Positions 48,918-59,486 are shown, numbered from the stretch's first letter. The stretch is DNA of 64,000 nucleotides from Alphaproteobacteria bacterium (GCA_965232515.1 CBDDPY010000002.1:2176001-2240000); one strand, 5' to 3'. A program made the numbers and translations. Notes: generated from the letters alone by a model not told the origin.

Positions 48918-49376
48918 TCAGTCCTCGCGGCCGGCCATCATGCGCAAGGGGTTGTAGGTCAGCACGGTCTCGCCGCGTTGATTGACGACCTTGTTAAATG
49001 TGCGGACCAGACCACGGTTGCCTTTCGAGGTCGGCCGCACCTCCGTGACCTCGCATTCGACATGCAGCGTGTCGCCGGCAAACGTCGGGCCCTTGACGTC
49101 GAGCTCCATGTTGAGAAACGCGAGGCCCGTGTGCTGCATGGTCGCCTGCACCAGCAGCCCTTCGGCGAAGGTGTAGGCGAGCGCGGCCGGCGCCACCCGG
49201 CCCTTCATGGGTCCGTGCGCCTTCAGATACTCCATGTCCGTGAACAGCACCTCGACCATGCCGGTGACGCCGATGAAGTTGACGATGTCGGCTTCCGTCA
49301 CGGTGCGTCCGATGGTCTTGAAGGTGTCGCCGACCTTCAGGTCGTTCCAATAGAAGCCGAGCCCGACCGTCTTCAT
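48918..49376 (-). CDS. MaoC family dehydratase
   Basis: LKVGDTFKTIGRTVTEADIVNF and PTFAGDTL. Confidence 0.85.
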   Translation of the reverse strand: MKTVGLGFYWNDLKVGDTFKTIGRTVTEADIVNFIGVTGMVEVLFTDMEYLKAHGPMKGRVAPAALAYTFAEGLLVQATMQHTGLAFLNMELDVKGPTFAGDTLHVECEVTEVRPTSKGNRGLVRTFNKVVNQRGETVLTYNPLRMMAGRED

Positions 49377-49386
49377 GATCCCGATC

Positions 49387-49674
49387 CTAGTTGGCGTGCT
49401 GGACGATGCCGCGATAGGGCGCCGTGCCATAGATGTCGAATGACAGCAGGCCGACCTTGGCCAGCGGCAGGTCATGCATGATCCTCTCGGCATGCGCCTC
49501 GTCGTCACACTCGAGAACGACAATGGCGCCCTTACCATCCGCGCGGCTATAGATCTCGCGGACCACCTCGTCGCGGTACAGGCCCAGCGCGTGCTTGGCT
49601 TCGGCTTCCAGATGCGGCGCGAAGTCTTCCGGCGCGGCGTCCGCCTTACGGGTCGCGATGACGATGACTTTCAT
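49387..49674 (-). CDS. Small protein, muconolactone-isomerase-like (dimeric alpha/beta barrel)
   Basis: AEAKHALGLY..VVREIY..DGKGAIVVLEC...LPL pattern; strong SD GGAGGAG. Confidence 0.6.
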   Translation of the reverse strand: MKVIVIATRKADAAPEDFAPHLEAEAKHALGLYRDEVVREIYSRADGKGAIVVLECDDEAHAERIMHDLPLAKVGLLSFDIYGTAPYRGIVQHAN

Positions 49675-49704
49675 GGATAGCTCCTCCCGGTTCTCCAAAC
49701 TCGA

Positions 49705-50907
49705 TCAGTCCTGTTGCAGCAACGCGCCCGCCGCGCGCATGGCGTCGATATCGGCCTCGGCGTAGCCCAGCTCGCGCAGCAGCTCCGGACCGTTCTCGCC
49801 GTAGCGCGGCGCCGGCAGGCGGATCTCGCCCGGCGACTTCGAATAGGCGATGGGAATGTCTGTGATCACGGTATCGCCTTCGCTGGGGTGCGCCAGCTTC
49901 CGGAACATACCGACCGCTTTCAGATGCGGGTCGTCCATCAGGTCGGCGATGTCGTTGACGATCATCGAGGGGATCTCGGCCTCGCCCAGCATGGCGAGCC
50001 ATTCCTCGGCGGGCTTGGTGGCGATGGCCTCGGCCATGAATTCGTAGAGCCACTCGGTATGCTCGGTGCGCGTCGCGTGGTCGGCGAAGCGCGGATCGTC
50101 GGTCAGTTCGGGCCGGCCGGCCATCTCGAAGAAAAGCGCCCAATGCCGGTCGGTATAGGGCAAGGCGCAGATATGGTGACCGTCGGCCGTGCGATAGGGC
50201 TTGCGCGCCGGCGTCGTCAGGCGCTTGTAGCCGACCTCGCCAAGCGGCGGTTCGAAGCCCGCGTCGAAGATGTGCTCGACCATCAGGAACGAGACCAGGG
50301 TTTCGAACATCGGCACCTCGACGAACTGGCCCTCGCCCGTGCGCTCGCGGTGCAGCAGGGCCATCGCGACGGCCTGGCTGAGCTGCAGGCCGGTCAGCTT
50401 GTCGACCATCACCGTCGGCACGTAGCGCGGCTCGCCCGTCGTGCGCTGGAACAGGCTGGCGAGGCCCGAGCCGGCCTGGATCATGTCGTCATAGGCCGGC
50501 CGCGCCGCATACGGCCCTTTCTGCGAGAAGCCGTAGGCGCCGACATAGACAATGTCGGGCTTGATCGCGGCGACGTCGTCATAGCCGAAGCCGAGCTTGG
50601 CGATCTTCTGCGGCCGCATGTTGTGGACCAGCACGTCGGCCGTCTCGATCAGCGCGCGCAGGGCAGCCTTCGCCGCATCCTGCTTCAGGTCCAGCGCAAT
50701 CGAGCGCTTGTTACGGTTCATGTTCATGAAGGCGCCGGCCATGCCCGGGCTGCGCGCCGAGCCGAGGAAACGGGTCGAGTCGCCCTTCGGCGGCGCCTCG
50801 ACCTTGATCACGTCGGCGCCCATGTCGCCCAAGAGCTGCGTGCCATAGGGGCCCAGCAGCACGGTGGTAATGTCGATCACCCGGATGCCGGCAAGCGGTC
50901 CGCTCAA
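49705..50907 (-). CDS. CaiB/BaiF class III CoA-transferase
   Basis: GPLAGIRVIDIT..LGP, NRNKRSIALDLK and PAYDDMIQA. Confidence 0.92.
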   Translation of the reverse strand: MSGPLAGIRVIDITTVLLGPYGTQLLGDMGADVIKVEAPPKGDSTRFLGSARSPGMAGAFMNMNRNKRSIALDLKQDAAKAALRALIETADVLVHNMRPQKIAKLGFGYDDVAAIKPDIVYVGAYGFSQKGPYAARPAYDDMIQAGSGLASLFQRTTGEPRYVPTVMVDKLTGLQLSQAVAMALLHRERTGEGQFVEVPMFETLVSFLMVEHIFDAGFEPPLGEVGYKRLTTPARKPYRTADGHHICALPYTDRHWALFFEMAGRPELTDDPRFADHATRTEHTEWLYEFMAEAIATKPAEEWLAMLGEAEIPSMIVNDIADLMDDPHLKAVGMFRKLAHPSEGDTVITDIPIAYSKSPGEIRLPAPRYGENGPELLRELGYAEADIDAMRAAGALLQQD

Positions 50908-50927
50908 CTCTGTTCTCCCGTCTGGCG

Positions 50928-52091
50928 CTAGTAGGACTTCGGCAGGTCGAGGACCTTCTCGCCGATATAGTTCAAAATCATCTCGCGACTGACCGGCGCG
51001 ATGCGGGCGACGAAGCTTTCCCGCAAATACCGCTCGACGTGATACTCCTTGGCGTAGCCCATGCCGCCATGCGTCATCACCCCGCGCTCGCAGGCGCGGA
51101 AGCCGGCCTCACCGCCGAGATATTTGGCGGCGTTCGCCTCGGCCCCGCAGGGCTCGCCGGCGTCGTAGAGCGCCGCGGCCTTGAACACCATCAGGTTTGC
51201 CGCCTCCAGCTCGGCCCAACTCTCGGCCAGCGGATGCTGGATCGCCTGGTTCTGGCCGATCGGGCGGCCGAAAACCTCGCGCTCCCGCGCATAGGTCGTG
51301 GCCCGCTGCAGCGCTACCCGGCCCAGGCCCACCGCCTCGGCGCCGACCAGGATGCGCTCCGGGTTCAGGCCGTCGAGCAGGTAGTAGAAGCCGCGGCCCT
51401 CCTCGCCGATCAGGTTCTCTTTCGGTACCGGCAGGCCGTCGATGAAGACCGCGTTCGAGTCGACGGCCTTGCGACCCATCTTCTCGATCTCGCGCACCTC
51501 CACATAGTCACGGTCGAAGTCCGTGTAGAACAGCGAGATGCCCTGGGTCGGCTTCTCGACCTGGTCGCGCGGCGTCGTGCGGGCCAGCAGCAGGATCTTG
51601 TTGGCGGACTGCGCCGTCGAGGTCCAGAGCTTGCGGCCGTGCACGACCCAGCCATCGTTGCTGCGTTCCGCCCGGGTCTCGATCTGGGTCGTGTTGAGGC
51701 CGGCGTTGGGCTCAGTGACGCCAAAGCAGGTCCGGTCCTCGCCGGCGATCAAAGGCGGCAGGAAGCGGCGCTTCTGGTCGTCGGTGCCGTGCACGACGAT
51801 GGGATGCGGGCCGAACAGGTTGATGTGCACCGCCGAGGCGCCGCTGAAGCCGGCGCCGGATTCGGCGATGGTCTGCATCATAATGGCGGCCTCGGTGACG
51901 CCGAGGCCGGCGCCGCCATATTCCGGCGGCATGGCGATGCCCAGCCAGCCGGCCGCCGCCAGGTCGGCCGCGAAGTCGTCCGGAAAGCCGCCCTCGCGGT
52001 CCCGCTTCAGCCAGTAGTCGGCGTCGTATTTGGCGCAGAGCCGGGCGACGCTGTCACGGATCGCCTCCTGCTCCTCGGTCAGGCGAAACAC
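50928..52091 (-). CDS. Acyl-CoA dehydrogenase
   Basis: FGVTEPNAG, LNPERIL and THGGMGYAKEYHVERY. Confidence 0.93.
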   Translation of the reverse strand: MFRLTEEQEAIRDSVARLCAKYDADYWLKRDREGGFPDDFAADLAAAGWLGIAMPPEYGGAGLGVTEAAIMMQTIAESGAGFSGASAVHINLFGPHPIVVHGTDDQKRRFLPPLIAGEDRTCFGVTEPNAGLNTTQIETRAERSNDGWVVHGRKLWTSTAQSANKILLLARTTPRDQVEKPTQGISLFYTDFDRDYVEVREIEKMGRKAVDSNAVFIDGLPVPKENLIGEEGRGFYYLLDGLNPERILVGAEAVGLGRVALQRATTYAREREVFGRPIGQNQAIQHPLAESWAELEAANLMVFKAAALYDAGEPCGAEANAAKYLGGEAGFRACERGVMTHGGMGYAKEYHVERYLRESFVARIAPVSREMILNYIGEKVLDLPKSY

Positions 52092-52219
52092 GCCATTCTT
52101 CCTCCCAAAAAAGCAGGCGCGGTACCGACCGCGCCATGCCCGAGTCTAGAAGCAATTGCCGCCCCTGCCTAGCGCCGCCGAACGTTGACAGCGCCCACCG
52201 TATTCGCTTGGCTGCGCCC

Positions 52220-52687
52220 ATGACGACACCCGCCGCAGAAACCCTGACCCAGGCCGGCATCGATTTCGAGATGGTGCGGTTCGATCCATCGCTCGACGCC
52301 AAGGCGGCGGCCGCCGCCATCGGCCTGCCCTTGGACGCGATCTGCAAGACGCTCGCCTGCGTGTCGATGCCGCAGGTCGTGCTGGCGGTGCTCCCGACCC
52401 CGGCCCGGCTCGATCTCGATAAGCTGAAGGCGCTGACCGGGGAACCGCGCACGGCCATGATCGCAGCAGCGGCAATGAGCCGCATGACCGGCATGCAGCC
52501 CGGCGCCGTAACCCCGATCCCCGCCCCCGGCGGACGGCGCTTCGAGGTCTATCTCGACTGGTCGGTCATGGCCCACGAGACCGTCGGCATCGGCGGCGGC
52601 ACGGCCGGCGTCGAGCTGCTGCTCAGCCCCCGGGACTTGCAGGCCGCCACCCATGGCCAGATCGCCGACCTGATCGCGGAATCGTAA
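52220..52687 (+). CDS. YbaK/EbsC aminoacyl-tRNA editing domain protein
   Basis: ICKTL, TGMQPGAVTP and GGG..GVELLLSP. Confidence 0.8.
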   Translation: MTTPAAETLTQAGIDFEMVRFDPSLDAKAAAAAIGLPLDAICKTLACVSMPQVVLAVLPTPARLDLDKLKALTGEPRTAMIAAAAMSRMTGMQPGAVTPIPAPGGRRFEVYLDWSVMAHETVGIGGGTAGVELLLSPRDLQAATHGQIADLIAES

Positions 52688-52792
52688 AAGCGGTTCGATT
52701 TCAGGCGCTTAGGCTGGAAATGCCTGCGGGTTCGGCGAGAATCATGCCCGCCGCGGTGCAGCGGCGGGCATGGTCCATCGGATCGCCGGCGA

Positions 52793-54550
52793 TCAGTCGT
52801 CGGTGCGGTCAGTCACGGCCTTACCGGCATCGCTCTCGAGTGCGCCGGCAAGGCCATGGATATCGCCGCCCTCGAGGCCGATCTCCTTCAGCATGGCGTC
52901 GAGCAGCGGTGCCTGCGTGCGGTATTTCAAGGCAGAGTTCACGACCTGGTCGGCGAGATTACCATTTCCGGCATGCGGCTCGCCGCCGTTGGCGCCACTG
53001 TTACCGCCGCCGAGGCCATCAACCTGAATGATCTTGATGCCGTCGATATTCTCGATCGGTTTTACGCTCTCGGCGATGATCTCAGGCAAGGCCTCGATCA
53101 GCCGCATCTTTACCTGCATGGCGATCTGATCGACCGACAGTAGGTTGGCAGCCTCATTCACGGCGCGCTTGCCCTCGGCTTCGACAGCGTAGCGGACCTG
53201 CTCAGCCTCGGCCCGAAGCTTCTCGGCTTCGGCTTCGCCCTGTGCCGTGATCCGGCTCTTTGTCGCGTCGGCTTCGGCCGAAACGCGTAAGGCATCGGCC
53301 TTGTCGACGGCCGCCTGCTTCTCGGCCTCGGCCGCCACGGTCAGGGCGATCGCGTCCATCTCAGCCGCCTTCTGCGCTTCGATCAGCTCGATCGCCTTCT
53401 CACGGTCGGCGCGCTCGGTATCACGCGCAGTCACCACGAGCTCGGCCGCGCGCGCGGCGACAGCCCGCGCTTCGTCGGCCACAGCATCGGCTTCCGACTT
53501 GTCACGCGACTTGCCAGCGACGGCGATATCGCGATCCTGTTCGGCCAGCCTGATCTGCTTGGCCTTCTCGACGGCCACTGCTTCGACCGCTTGCTCCTTC
53601 AGGATTTCTTTTTCGCGCACCTGTTGGTCCATGGCGATCTGGCGCTCGGCCACGACCTGCCCGGAGGCAATGCCGGCCTCCTTCACGCTCTGCTCGGCGG
53701 CGATCTTCGCTTCCTCGGATTCACGCTCGCGATCCGCGCGCTCCCGGGCGATCACGGCCGACTGCTCGGCCTGCCGCACGGCGACCTCGCGCTCCTGTTC
53801 AAGTCGGGCATACTCCTGGTCTCGCGAAATCTGCAGCTTCTCCTGCTCCGCTTCCAGATCCTTTCGCCGAATCAACACCTCGGTTTCACGCTCGATATCG
53901 TTGCGCTTCTTGCGGCGCTCCTCGATCTCCTGCGTCAGTTTGGTGAGACCCTCGGCGTCGAAGGCGTTGTCGGGATTGAAGAAGTCCTTATTGGTCTGGT
54001 CGAGCCCTGTCAGCGACACCGACTCCAGTTCCAGGCCGTTCTTCAGGATGTCTTCCGAAACCGCGGCCTGGACCTTCTGCACGAAGGACACGCGCTGCTC
54101 GTGCAGTTCCTCCATCGCCATCTCGGCCGCGACAGCGCGCAGCGCGTCGACGAACTTGCCCTCGACCAGTTCCTTCAAGCCCTCCGGATGCATCGTGCGC
54201 TGGCCCAGCGTCTGGGCGGCGTTGGCGATGGCTTCGGAGGTCGGCTGGACGCGGACATAGAACTCGGCCTGCACGTCAACCCGCATGCGGTCCCTGGTGA
54301 TCAAAGCCTGTTCGTTGGCGCGCTTCACCTCGAGCCGAAGCGTATTCATGTTGACCGGGATGATCTCATGCAGCACGGGAAAAGACAAAGCGCCGCCGTT
54401 CATGATCACCTTCTGGCCGCCGAAACCCGTTCGTACGAACGACACTTCCTTCGACGATCGTCGGTAGAGCCGCGCGAAGATCAGGCCAATCGCCAACAAG
54501 GCGACAAAGATGAGGCCGATAAGAAACAGGATTGCTGCGATGTCATACAT
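52793..54550 (-). CDS. yqiK: Flotillin (SPFH) family protein, YqiK-like
   Basis: N-terminal TM, FVRTGFGGQKV, LITRDRMRVDV and FNPDNAFDAEGLTKL, followed by an AE-rich coiled coil. Confidence 0.9.
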   Translation of the reverse strand: MYDIAAILFLIGLIFVALLAIGLIFARLYRRSSKEVSFVRTGFGGQKVIMNGGALSFPVLHEIIPVNMNTLRLEVKRANEQALITRDRMRVDVQAEFYVRVQPTSEAIANAAQTLGQRTMHPEGLKELVEGKFVDALRAVAAEMAMEELHEQRVSFVQKVQAAVSEDILKNGLELESVSLTGLDQTNKDFFNPDNAFDAEGLTKLTQEIEERRKKRNDIERETEVLIRRKDLEAEQEKLQISRDQEYARLEQEREVAVRQAEQSAVIARERADRERESEEAKIAAEQSVKEAGIASGQVVAERQIAMDQQVREKEILKEQAVEAVAVEKAKQIRLAEQDRDIAVAGKSRDKSEADAVADEARAVAARAAELVVTARDTERADREKAIELIEAQKAAEMDAIALTVAAEAEKQAAVDKADALRVSAEADATKSRITAQGEAEAEKLRAEAEQVRYAVEAEGKRAVNEAANLLSVDQIAMQVKMRLIEALPEIIAESVKPIENIDGIKIIQVDGLGGGNSGANGGEPHAGNGNLADQVVNSALKYRTQAPLLDAMLKEIGLEGGDIHGLAGALESDAGKAVTDRTDD

Positions 54551-54589
54551 GAGTTGGCACCCCTTTTCCCAAGTTCCGAATACAGGCCC

Positions 54590-55303
54590 TCATTTTTTCG
54601 AAAGCGCGGCATTAGTGTTTTCGATAGCCCGGAACGCGCTTCCCATCTGGCTGACCAGCAAGACCTCGGCCCCGGTTGGCAGCACGTCATCGTCATGATC
54701 CGGCTCGACCAGGACGTAGTGGGTCTGGCCATGCTGATCCTGAAACTTGGCCTCCGCCGGTAAACCACGTCGGGCCTCGCCACGGATGATCACGGCAACC
54801 TTGCCGACAAAGCTGTCGCGCGAAACGGCCTCGGTCTCTTCCTTCGGAATGATCCGTGACAGGCCGAGCCCGATATAGCGCGTCGATGGAACGCCAACCG
54901 CGATCGCCGGCAGAACGGCGATCCAGGCCGGCAGATATGCGCCGACGACGCCATGGACAACGCTCTGCAAGACCAGACCAGAGATGCCGAATGCCGTCAG
55001 AAACGCAATCAGCAGCACCAGGGCTGGCACCCGGCCGAAACAGATCCAAGTCAAGAGCTGGGTCAGCAGGCCGGGTCCGGCGCCCGCAGCGACGCCCGGC
55101 GCATCGAGATCCGGCGCGTGGAGATCGATATCGGCGTCGACGTCAACATCGGGCACATCCAGGTCCGGCAATACCGAGTCGACGAGTCCGGACACGGCGA
55201 TACCGAACAACGCACCGACGCCCTCGACCAATGCGATCAACAGCATCAGTCCGATGGCGACCGCGAACGGCGCGGTCTGTTCGGCGAGCAGGTGCGCGAT
55301 CAT
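54590..55303 (-). CDS. yqiJ: YqiJ-like membrane protein with NfeD-type OB fold
   Basis: PFAVAIGLM, GRVPALVLL and AEAKFQDQHGQTHYVLVEP; upstream of the flotillin gene. Confidence 0.85.
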   Translation of the reverse strand: MIAHLLAEQTAPFAVAIGLMLLIALVEGVGALFGIAVSGLVDSVLPDLDVPDVDVDADIDLHAPDLDAPGVAAGAGPGLLTQLLTWICFGRVPALVLLIAFLTAFGISGLVLQSVVHGVVGAYLPAWIAVLPAIAVGVPSTRYIGLGLSRIIPKEETEAVSRDSFVGKVAVIIRGEARRGLPAEAKFQDQHGQTHYVLVEPDHDDDVLPTGAEVLLVSQMGSAFRAIENTNAALSKK

Positions 55304-55995
55304 CCGGCCTCTTGCGTCTGTGTCGCCTTGATCGCCGCCAGGCGTTCGCGCACCCGGTTCTCTCGGGCCAACCTTTCAAGCTCAGCGACTTTCGCGGCCG
55401 TTTCCCGGTCGGCGCCACCGGCGGCCGGCAATCCAGCGGCATCGCGCATCACCCGGTTGAAGGCACCCTCGGCCTTGCGGGCCGATCGTTCGGCATCCGC
55501 CGTCGCAGATGCACCTGGCGGATTGCCGGGGTCACCCGGCGAAGCCGACGAACGGCTCGACTGGAATGCTGCCAGCTCCTCGTCCATCTCCCGGCGGCGG
55601 GCCTGGAGAGCGGCGATATAGCTTTCAAGCTCTTTCGCTTCCGCGGCCGCATCCTTGATCGCGGTTTCGAGAACCGGGATCTGGGCTTCCAGGTCGAACT
55701 GCTTTGCAATCGCGGCCTCGGCCAGATCGTCGCGGTTCTCGACGACGGCAAGCTGTATCTTCTCGGTCAGGTCCTCGTGTTTTGCATTGGTCTCCATGAG
55801 GCGCTTGCTGGCGAGATGCTTGTTGGCGACGACCTTGCCCAGCTCGTCACGGATCTGGTCGGTGGCGGAATCGATCTCGCGGATCGCTTCCTTCATCACC
55901 GTCTCCGGCGAGGCGTTCTCTACGGCGTCGACGAGGCTGTTGACGCCGCCCGATACCAGGCGTTTCACACGGGAAACAAGATTCTCACTCATCAC
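55300..55995 (-). CDS. pspA: PspA/IM30 family protein
   Basis: Coiled coil with E.ASPETVMKEAIRE, RDDLAEAAI and VRERLAAIKA. Confidence 0.85.
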   Translation of the reverse strand: MMSENLVSRVKRLVSGGVNSLVDAVENASPETVMKEAIREIDSATDQIRDELGKVVANKHLASKRLMETNAKHEDLTEKIQLAVVENRDDLAEAAIAKQFDLEAQIPVLETAIKDAAAEAKELESYIAALQARRREMDEELAAFQSSRSSASPGDPGNPPGASATADAERSARKAEGAFNRVMRDAAGLPAAGGADRETAAKVAELERLARENRVRERLAAIKATQTQEAG

Positions 55996-56510
55996 GCACC
56001 TCCATGGCTCTTATCGCGGGCAATCTTCAAGAGCTCGACGATCTCCAAAACCGGCGACAGTCGATGCTTGATCAGGTCGGGGTCATAGCTGCGGCTGCGG
56101 CTGGTCAGGCCTAGATCGAGGATCTCCTCGATAACCGCAAAGACCTGGTCGGCCAGCGCCGCCTCGAAGCGTTTCAATCCGTCGACCCCTTCGTCGGCTG
56201 CCGGTGCCACAGCGATAAGTTCGGCCATGATCTCAGGCATGCGTTCGTAGAGCTTGAACACGAAGTCCGATCGTTGGCCGACCTGCCGTTGCGCGTCTCG
56301 CAAGCGACGTTCGGCGGGACGCAGCATGTCCTCAATCAATTCGGCGCAGTCGGTGACATCGCGTGCACCGAGATGACGCTGCCGCGCCGCGGCCAGGATG
56401 GCGCGCAACTTCTCGCTTGGGGTGGTTGCTCCGGGAGCTTCGAAGGCCGCGAGGAACGCCGCATCGTCATCGCTAACGCGAACGCTGAGTGGCACACTTC
56501 TAGAAGGCAT
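55992..56510 (-). CDS. Hypothetical protein with N-terminal ribbon-helix-helix-like segment
   Basis: SVPLSVRVSDDDAAFLA...TPSEKLRAIL resembles an RHH beta-strand-helix-helix; its stop overlaps the pspA start. Confidence 0.65.
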   Translation of the reverse strand: MPSRSVPLSVRVSDDDAAFLAAFEAPGATTPSEKLRAILAAARQRHLGARDVTDCAELIEDMLRPAERRLRDAQRQVGQRSDFVFKLYERMPEIMAELIAVAPAADEGVDGLKRFEAALADQVFAVIEEILDLGLTSRSRSYDPDLIKHRLSPVLEIVELLKIARDKSHGGA

Positions 56511-56889
56511 TGGTCCATCGATGTTGCATGCATATGTCATTGTTAGTATACAAATGTATGCACTCTATCTCGAGTTTTCAAGATACAACCAGTGAAAATT
56601 GAACATTCCGAACTCAAACGGCAGATTTTTCAATTTATGAGAAAAATCTACCTGGGATGCCGCCAAATCGCCTGTATCGACAAGCTCCAGATCAAATTTA
56701 GATTGTAGCAGCTGGCGCAATCAATGCTGTTGCGCGGATGGCATCCGCGGGATCTGGCGAGATGCCGGGACGACAGATCGATCAGCCATTCGAAACCGTG
56801 TAGAACGCACTGCCAGCACGTCATTTTAATGTGATGTTCATGTTGGCGGCAGTTACCGGGTGGTGGAAAAGGTTTAGGTTTAAAGCATC

Positions 56890-58488
56890 ATGTTTCGCCT
56901 GAAGCTTGCAGTCGTTTTGGCGGCCCATCTGCTGATCGTGCTGAGCTTGGCCGCCGCCGTTTTATGGGGCAGCGGCGAAGGCAATCACTATGTCGACCGG
57001 TTACGGCTCGCGCACGGCAACCTGAAAGAATACCTGGCGCTGATGCAGCAGACGCAGCGTCATTTTCAGCGCTTGCGCGACCAGGTGGTCTATGGCCGGA
57101 CCGCCGAGGAATTCGATGCCGCCGCCTCGCGCAGAGAGCTCGACGCGACATTGCAGATGCTGCTGGCCGACACGCAACGCGAGGTCGACCTGGTCGAGCG
57201 CGGCGAGGCGCTGGCCGAGGAGATCGCCGAGCTGAAGCGCCTGGACGCGATCGGTCGGGAGATCGACGCGGCCGACAAACAATTCGCGACCGCCGCCGAA
57301 CTTGTCGCCGCCGGCCGGGTCGACGACGCCCGCACGCTTGTCACCGAGGTCCTGGAGACCAGCATCGTGGGGCGTCTGGAGGCGATGATCGGCGAGGCGA
57401 CCCAGATCGAAGCGGAAGAAGTCGACGAGGCCGTGGAAGAGGCCAACGAAGTGCTCCTGCGGATGTCGAACATCGCACAGATCGCCGCGTTTGCCGCGGC
57501 GATCCTGATCCTGGGCGGCGCGTTCGTCCTGGTGGTCCGGTTGCGACGGCCGATCGACCGCCTGATCGACGGAACCGAGAAATTGTCTTCGGGTGCGCTT
57601 GCGAACCGCATCGATCTGCCCGGCGACGACGAGTTCGCTCGTGTCGCCGCGGGCATCAACAAGATGGCGGCGGAGATCGAGCGCCAGCAGCACGATTTGC
57701 TGGAAGCCCAGTCGGCGCTGGAAAAGAAGGTCGAGGAGCGGACCCAGGCCCTCAGGCGCGCCAACGCCGCCCTGCGCGAGACGGCGAAGAGCCGCCAGCG
57801 CTTCCTGGCCGACATCAGCCACGAGCTGCGCACGCCGCTGACCGTAATTCGCGGCGAAGCCGAGGTGACGCTGCGCGGGAAATCGCGTTCGGAGCAGGAC
57901 TATGAAACGTCCCTGACGCGGATCGTCGAGCAGGCGGGCGTGTTGGGCAAGCTGGTCGACGATCTGCTGATGATGGCCCGAACGCAGGCCGGCGCGCCGC
58001 GGTTGACGCTGACGGCGGTCTCCCTGCCCTCGCTGTTGACGCAGATCACCAAGTCGGTCAGCAATCTGTGTGATCAGCAGGGAGTCGAAATCGCCTTGCT
58101 GCAACCGAGCGACGGGCCTGTCGTCACGGGCGATCGGCGCCGGCTGCAACAGCTCTTCTATATCTTGATCGACAACGCCTTGCGCTATTCCAAGCCCGGC
58201 GACAGGATCGGCGTCAACGTGGTCGAAGACGGCGATATGGCGAAAGTGCTGGTCACCGACAGCGGCGTCGGCATCGACGACAGCGAGCTGCCGCACATAT
58301 TCGAGCGTTTCTATCGCGGCGAACACGCCCAAGACATCTTCCCCGAGGGCTCGGGCCTGGGACTGCCCATGGCGAAATCGATCGTCGACGCCCACGGCGG
58401 CGAGATCTCGATCGATAGCCGGCCGGGAAGTGGCACCACGGTCTGCGTTAACCTGCCTGCCGTGGTCCGAGCGCGTGCCAGCGCCTGA
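56890..58488 (+). CDS. Membrane sensor histidine kinase (HAMP-HisKA-HATPase)
   Basis: Two TM segments, ADISHELRTPL, LIDNALRY, DSGVGI and GSGLGL. Confidence 0.94.
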   Translation: MFRLKLAVVLAAHLLIVLSLAAAVLWGSGEGNHYVDRLRLAHGNLKEYLALMQQTQRHFQRLRDQVVYGRTAEEFDAAASRRELDATLQMLLADTQREVDLVERGEALAEEIAELKRLDAIGREIDAADKQFATAAELVAAGRVDDARTLVTEVLETSIVGRLEAMIGEATQIEAEEVDEAVEEANEVLLRMSNIAQIAAFAAAILILGGAFVLVVRLRRPIDRLIDGTEKLSSGALANRIDLPGDDEFARVAAGINKMAAEIERQQHDLLEAQSALEKKVEERTQALRRANAALRETAKSRQRFLADISHELRTPLTVIRGEAEVTLRGKSRSEQDYETSLTRIVEQAGVLGKLVDDLLMMARTQAGAPRLTLTAVSLPSLLTQITKSVSNLCDQQGVEIALLQPSDGPVVTGDRRRLQQLFYILIDNALRYSKPGDRIGVNVVEDGDMAKVLVTDSGVGIDDSELPHIFERFYRGEHAQDIFPEGSGLGLPMAKSIVDAHGGEISIDSRPGSGTTVCVNLPAVVRARASA

Positions 58489-58751
58489 GCGACAGGCGAG
58501 AGCCCCTGACTTTTGGTTAACGCCACTCGGCGACGGCGCGCAGATGCCGACCGCGCCGCGCCCGTCCCTCTCGAGTTTCACGCGGACATTTGTCTGCCCG
58601 CGCCAAGACTGCGGCAGCTTCGTTAATCAACAAAAAGCCACAAAACAAAAATTTTTTTACCCACCGACGGAAGAAACACTCCCCCCCTCCGTTCTCATCA
58701 CGGCAACACCGGATACCGGGCCACGGGGCCCAGGCTTGAAGGGTTAACGCC

Positions 58752-59486
58752 ATGTCAAGTGAAGGGAGCGTCGGGGTGAATATCCTGCTGGTCGAAGACG
58801 ACGAACGCATCATCGAATTCGTGGCGCGCGGCCTACGAGCCGAGGGGCACACCGTCGAGGTGGCACGCACCGGACCGCATGGCCTGGACCTGGGCCGGAT
58901 GCCGCATTTCGACATCATCATTCTCGACCTGATGCTTCCGGGCCTGCACGGTCACGATGTCTGCCAACAGATCCGCGCCGCACGCGTGACAACGCCCATC
59001 ATCATGCTGACGGCCATGGATCGGCTCGACGACAAGATCGAAGGACTGCGTCTCGGCGCCGACGACTACCTGACCAAGCCCTTTGCCTTCGGCGAACTGC
59101 TGGCGCGGATCGAGGCGCTGATGCGGCGGCGCGACCGGTTCAAGAGCCCATCGTCGAACCTGCAGATCGCCGACCTGACCTTCGACCGCGAGACCCTGGA
59201 AGTCCGCCGCGGCGACCGGGCGATCGAACTGACCGCCAAGGAGCTGGCGCTGCTGGAGCTGATGATGAGCTCTGCCGGCAAGGTGCTGAGCCGCACGCGG
59301 ATACTGGAAACCATCTGGGGCTATTCCTCGGATCCGCTGACCAATGTCGTCGATGTCTATATTCGGCGACTGCGGCTGAAGGTCGACCAGGGCCACGACA
59401 CGCCATTGATCAAGACGGTCCGCGGCATCGGCTACAAGCTGGAAGCCGTCGAACCGCAGCCGCCGGACCCGGTCGACGAAGGCTGA
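58752..59486 (+). CDS. OmpR/PhoB family response regulator
   Basis: ILLVEDD, LDLMLPG, GADDYLTKPF, NVVDVYIRRLR and TVRGIGY. Confidence 0.95.
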   Translation: MSSEGSVGVNILLVEDDERIIEFVARGLRAEGHTVEVARTGPHGLDLGRMPHFDIIILDLMLPGLHGHDVCQQIRAARVTTPIIMLTAMDRLDDKIEGLRLGADDYLTKPFAFGELLARIEALMRRRDRFKSPSSNLQIADLTFDRETLEVRRGDRAIELTAKELALLELMMSSAGKVLSRTRILETIWGYSSDPLTNVVDVYIRRLRLKVDQGHDTPLIKTVRGIGYKLEAVEPQPPDPVDEG

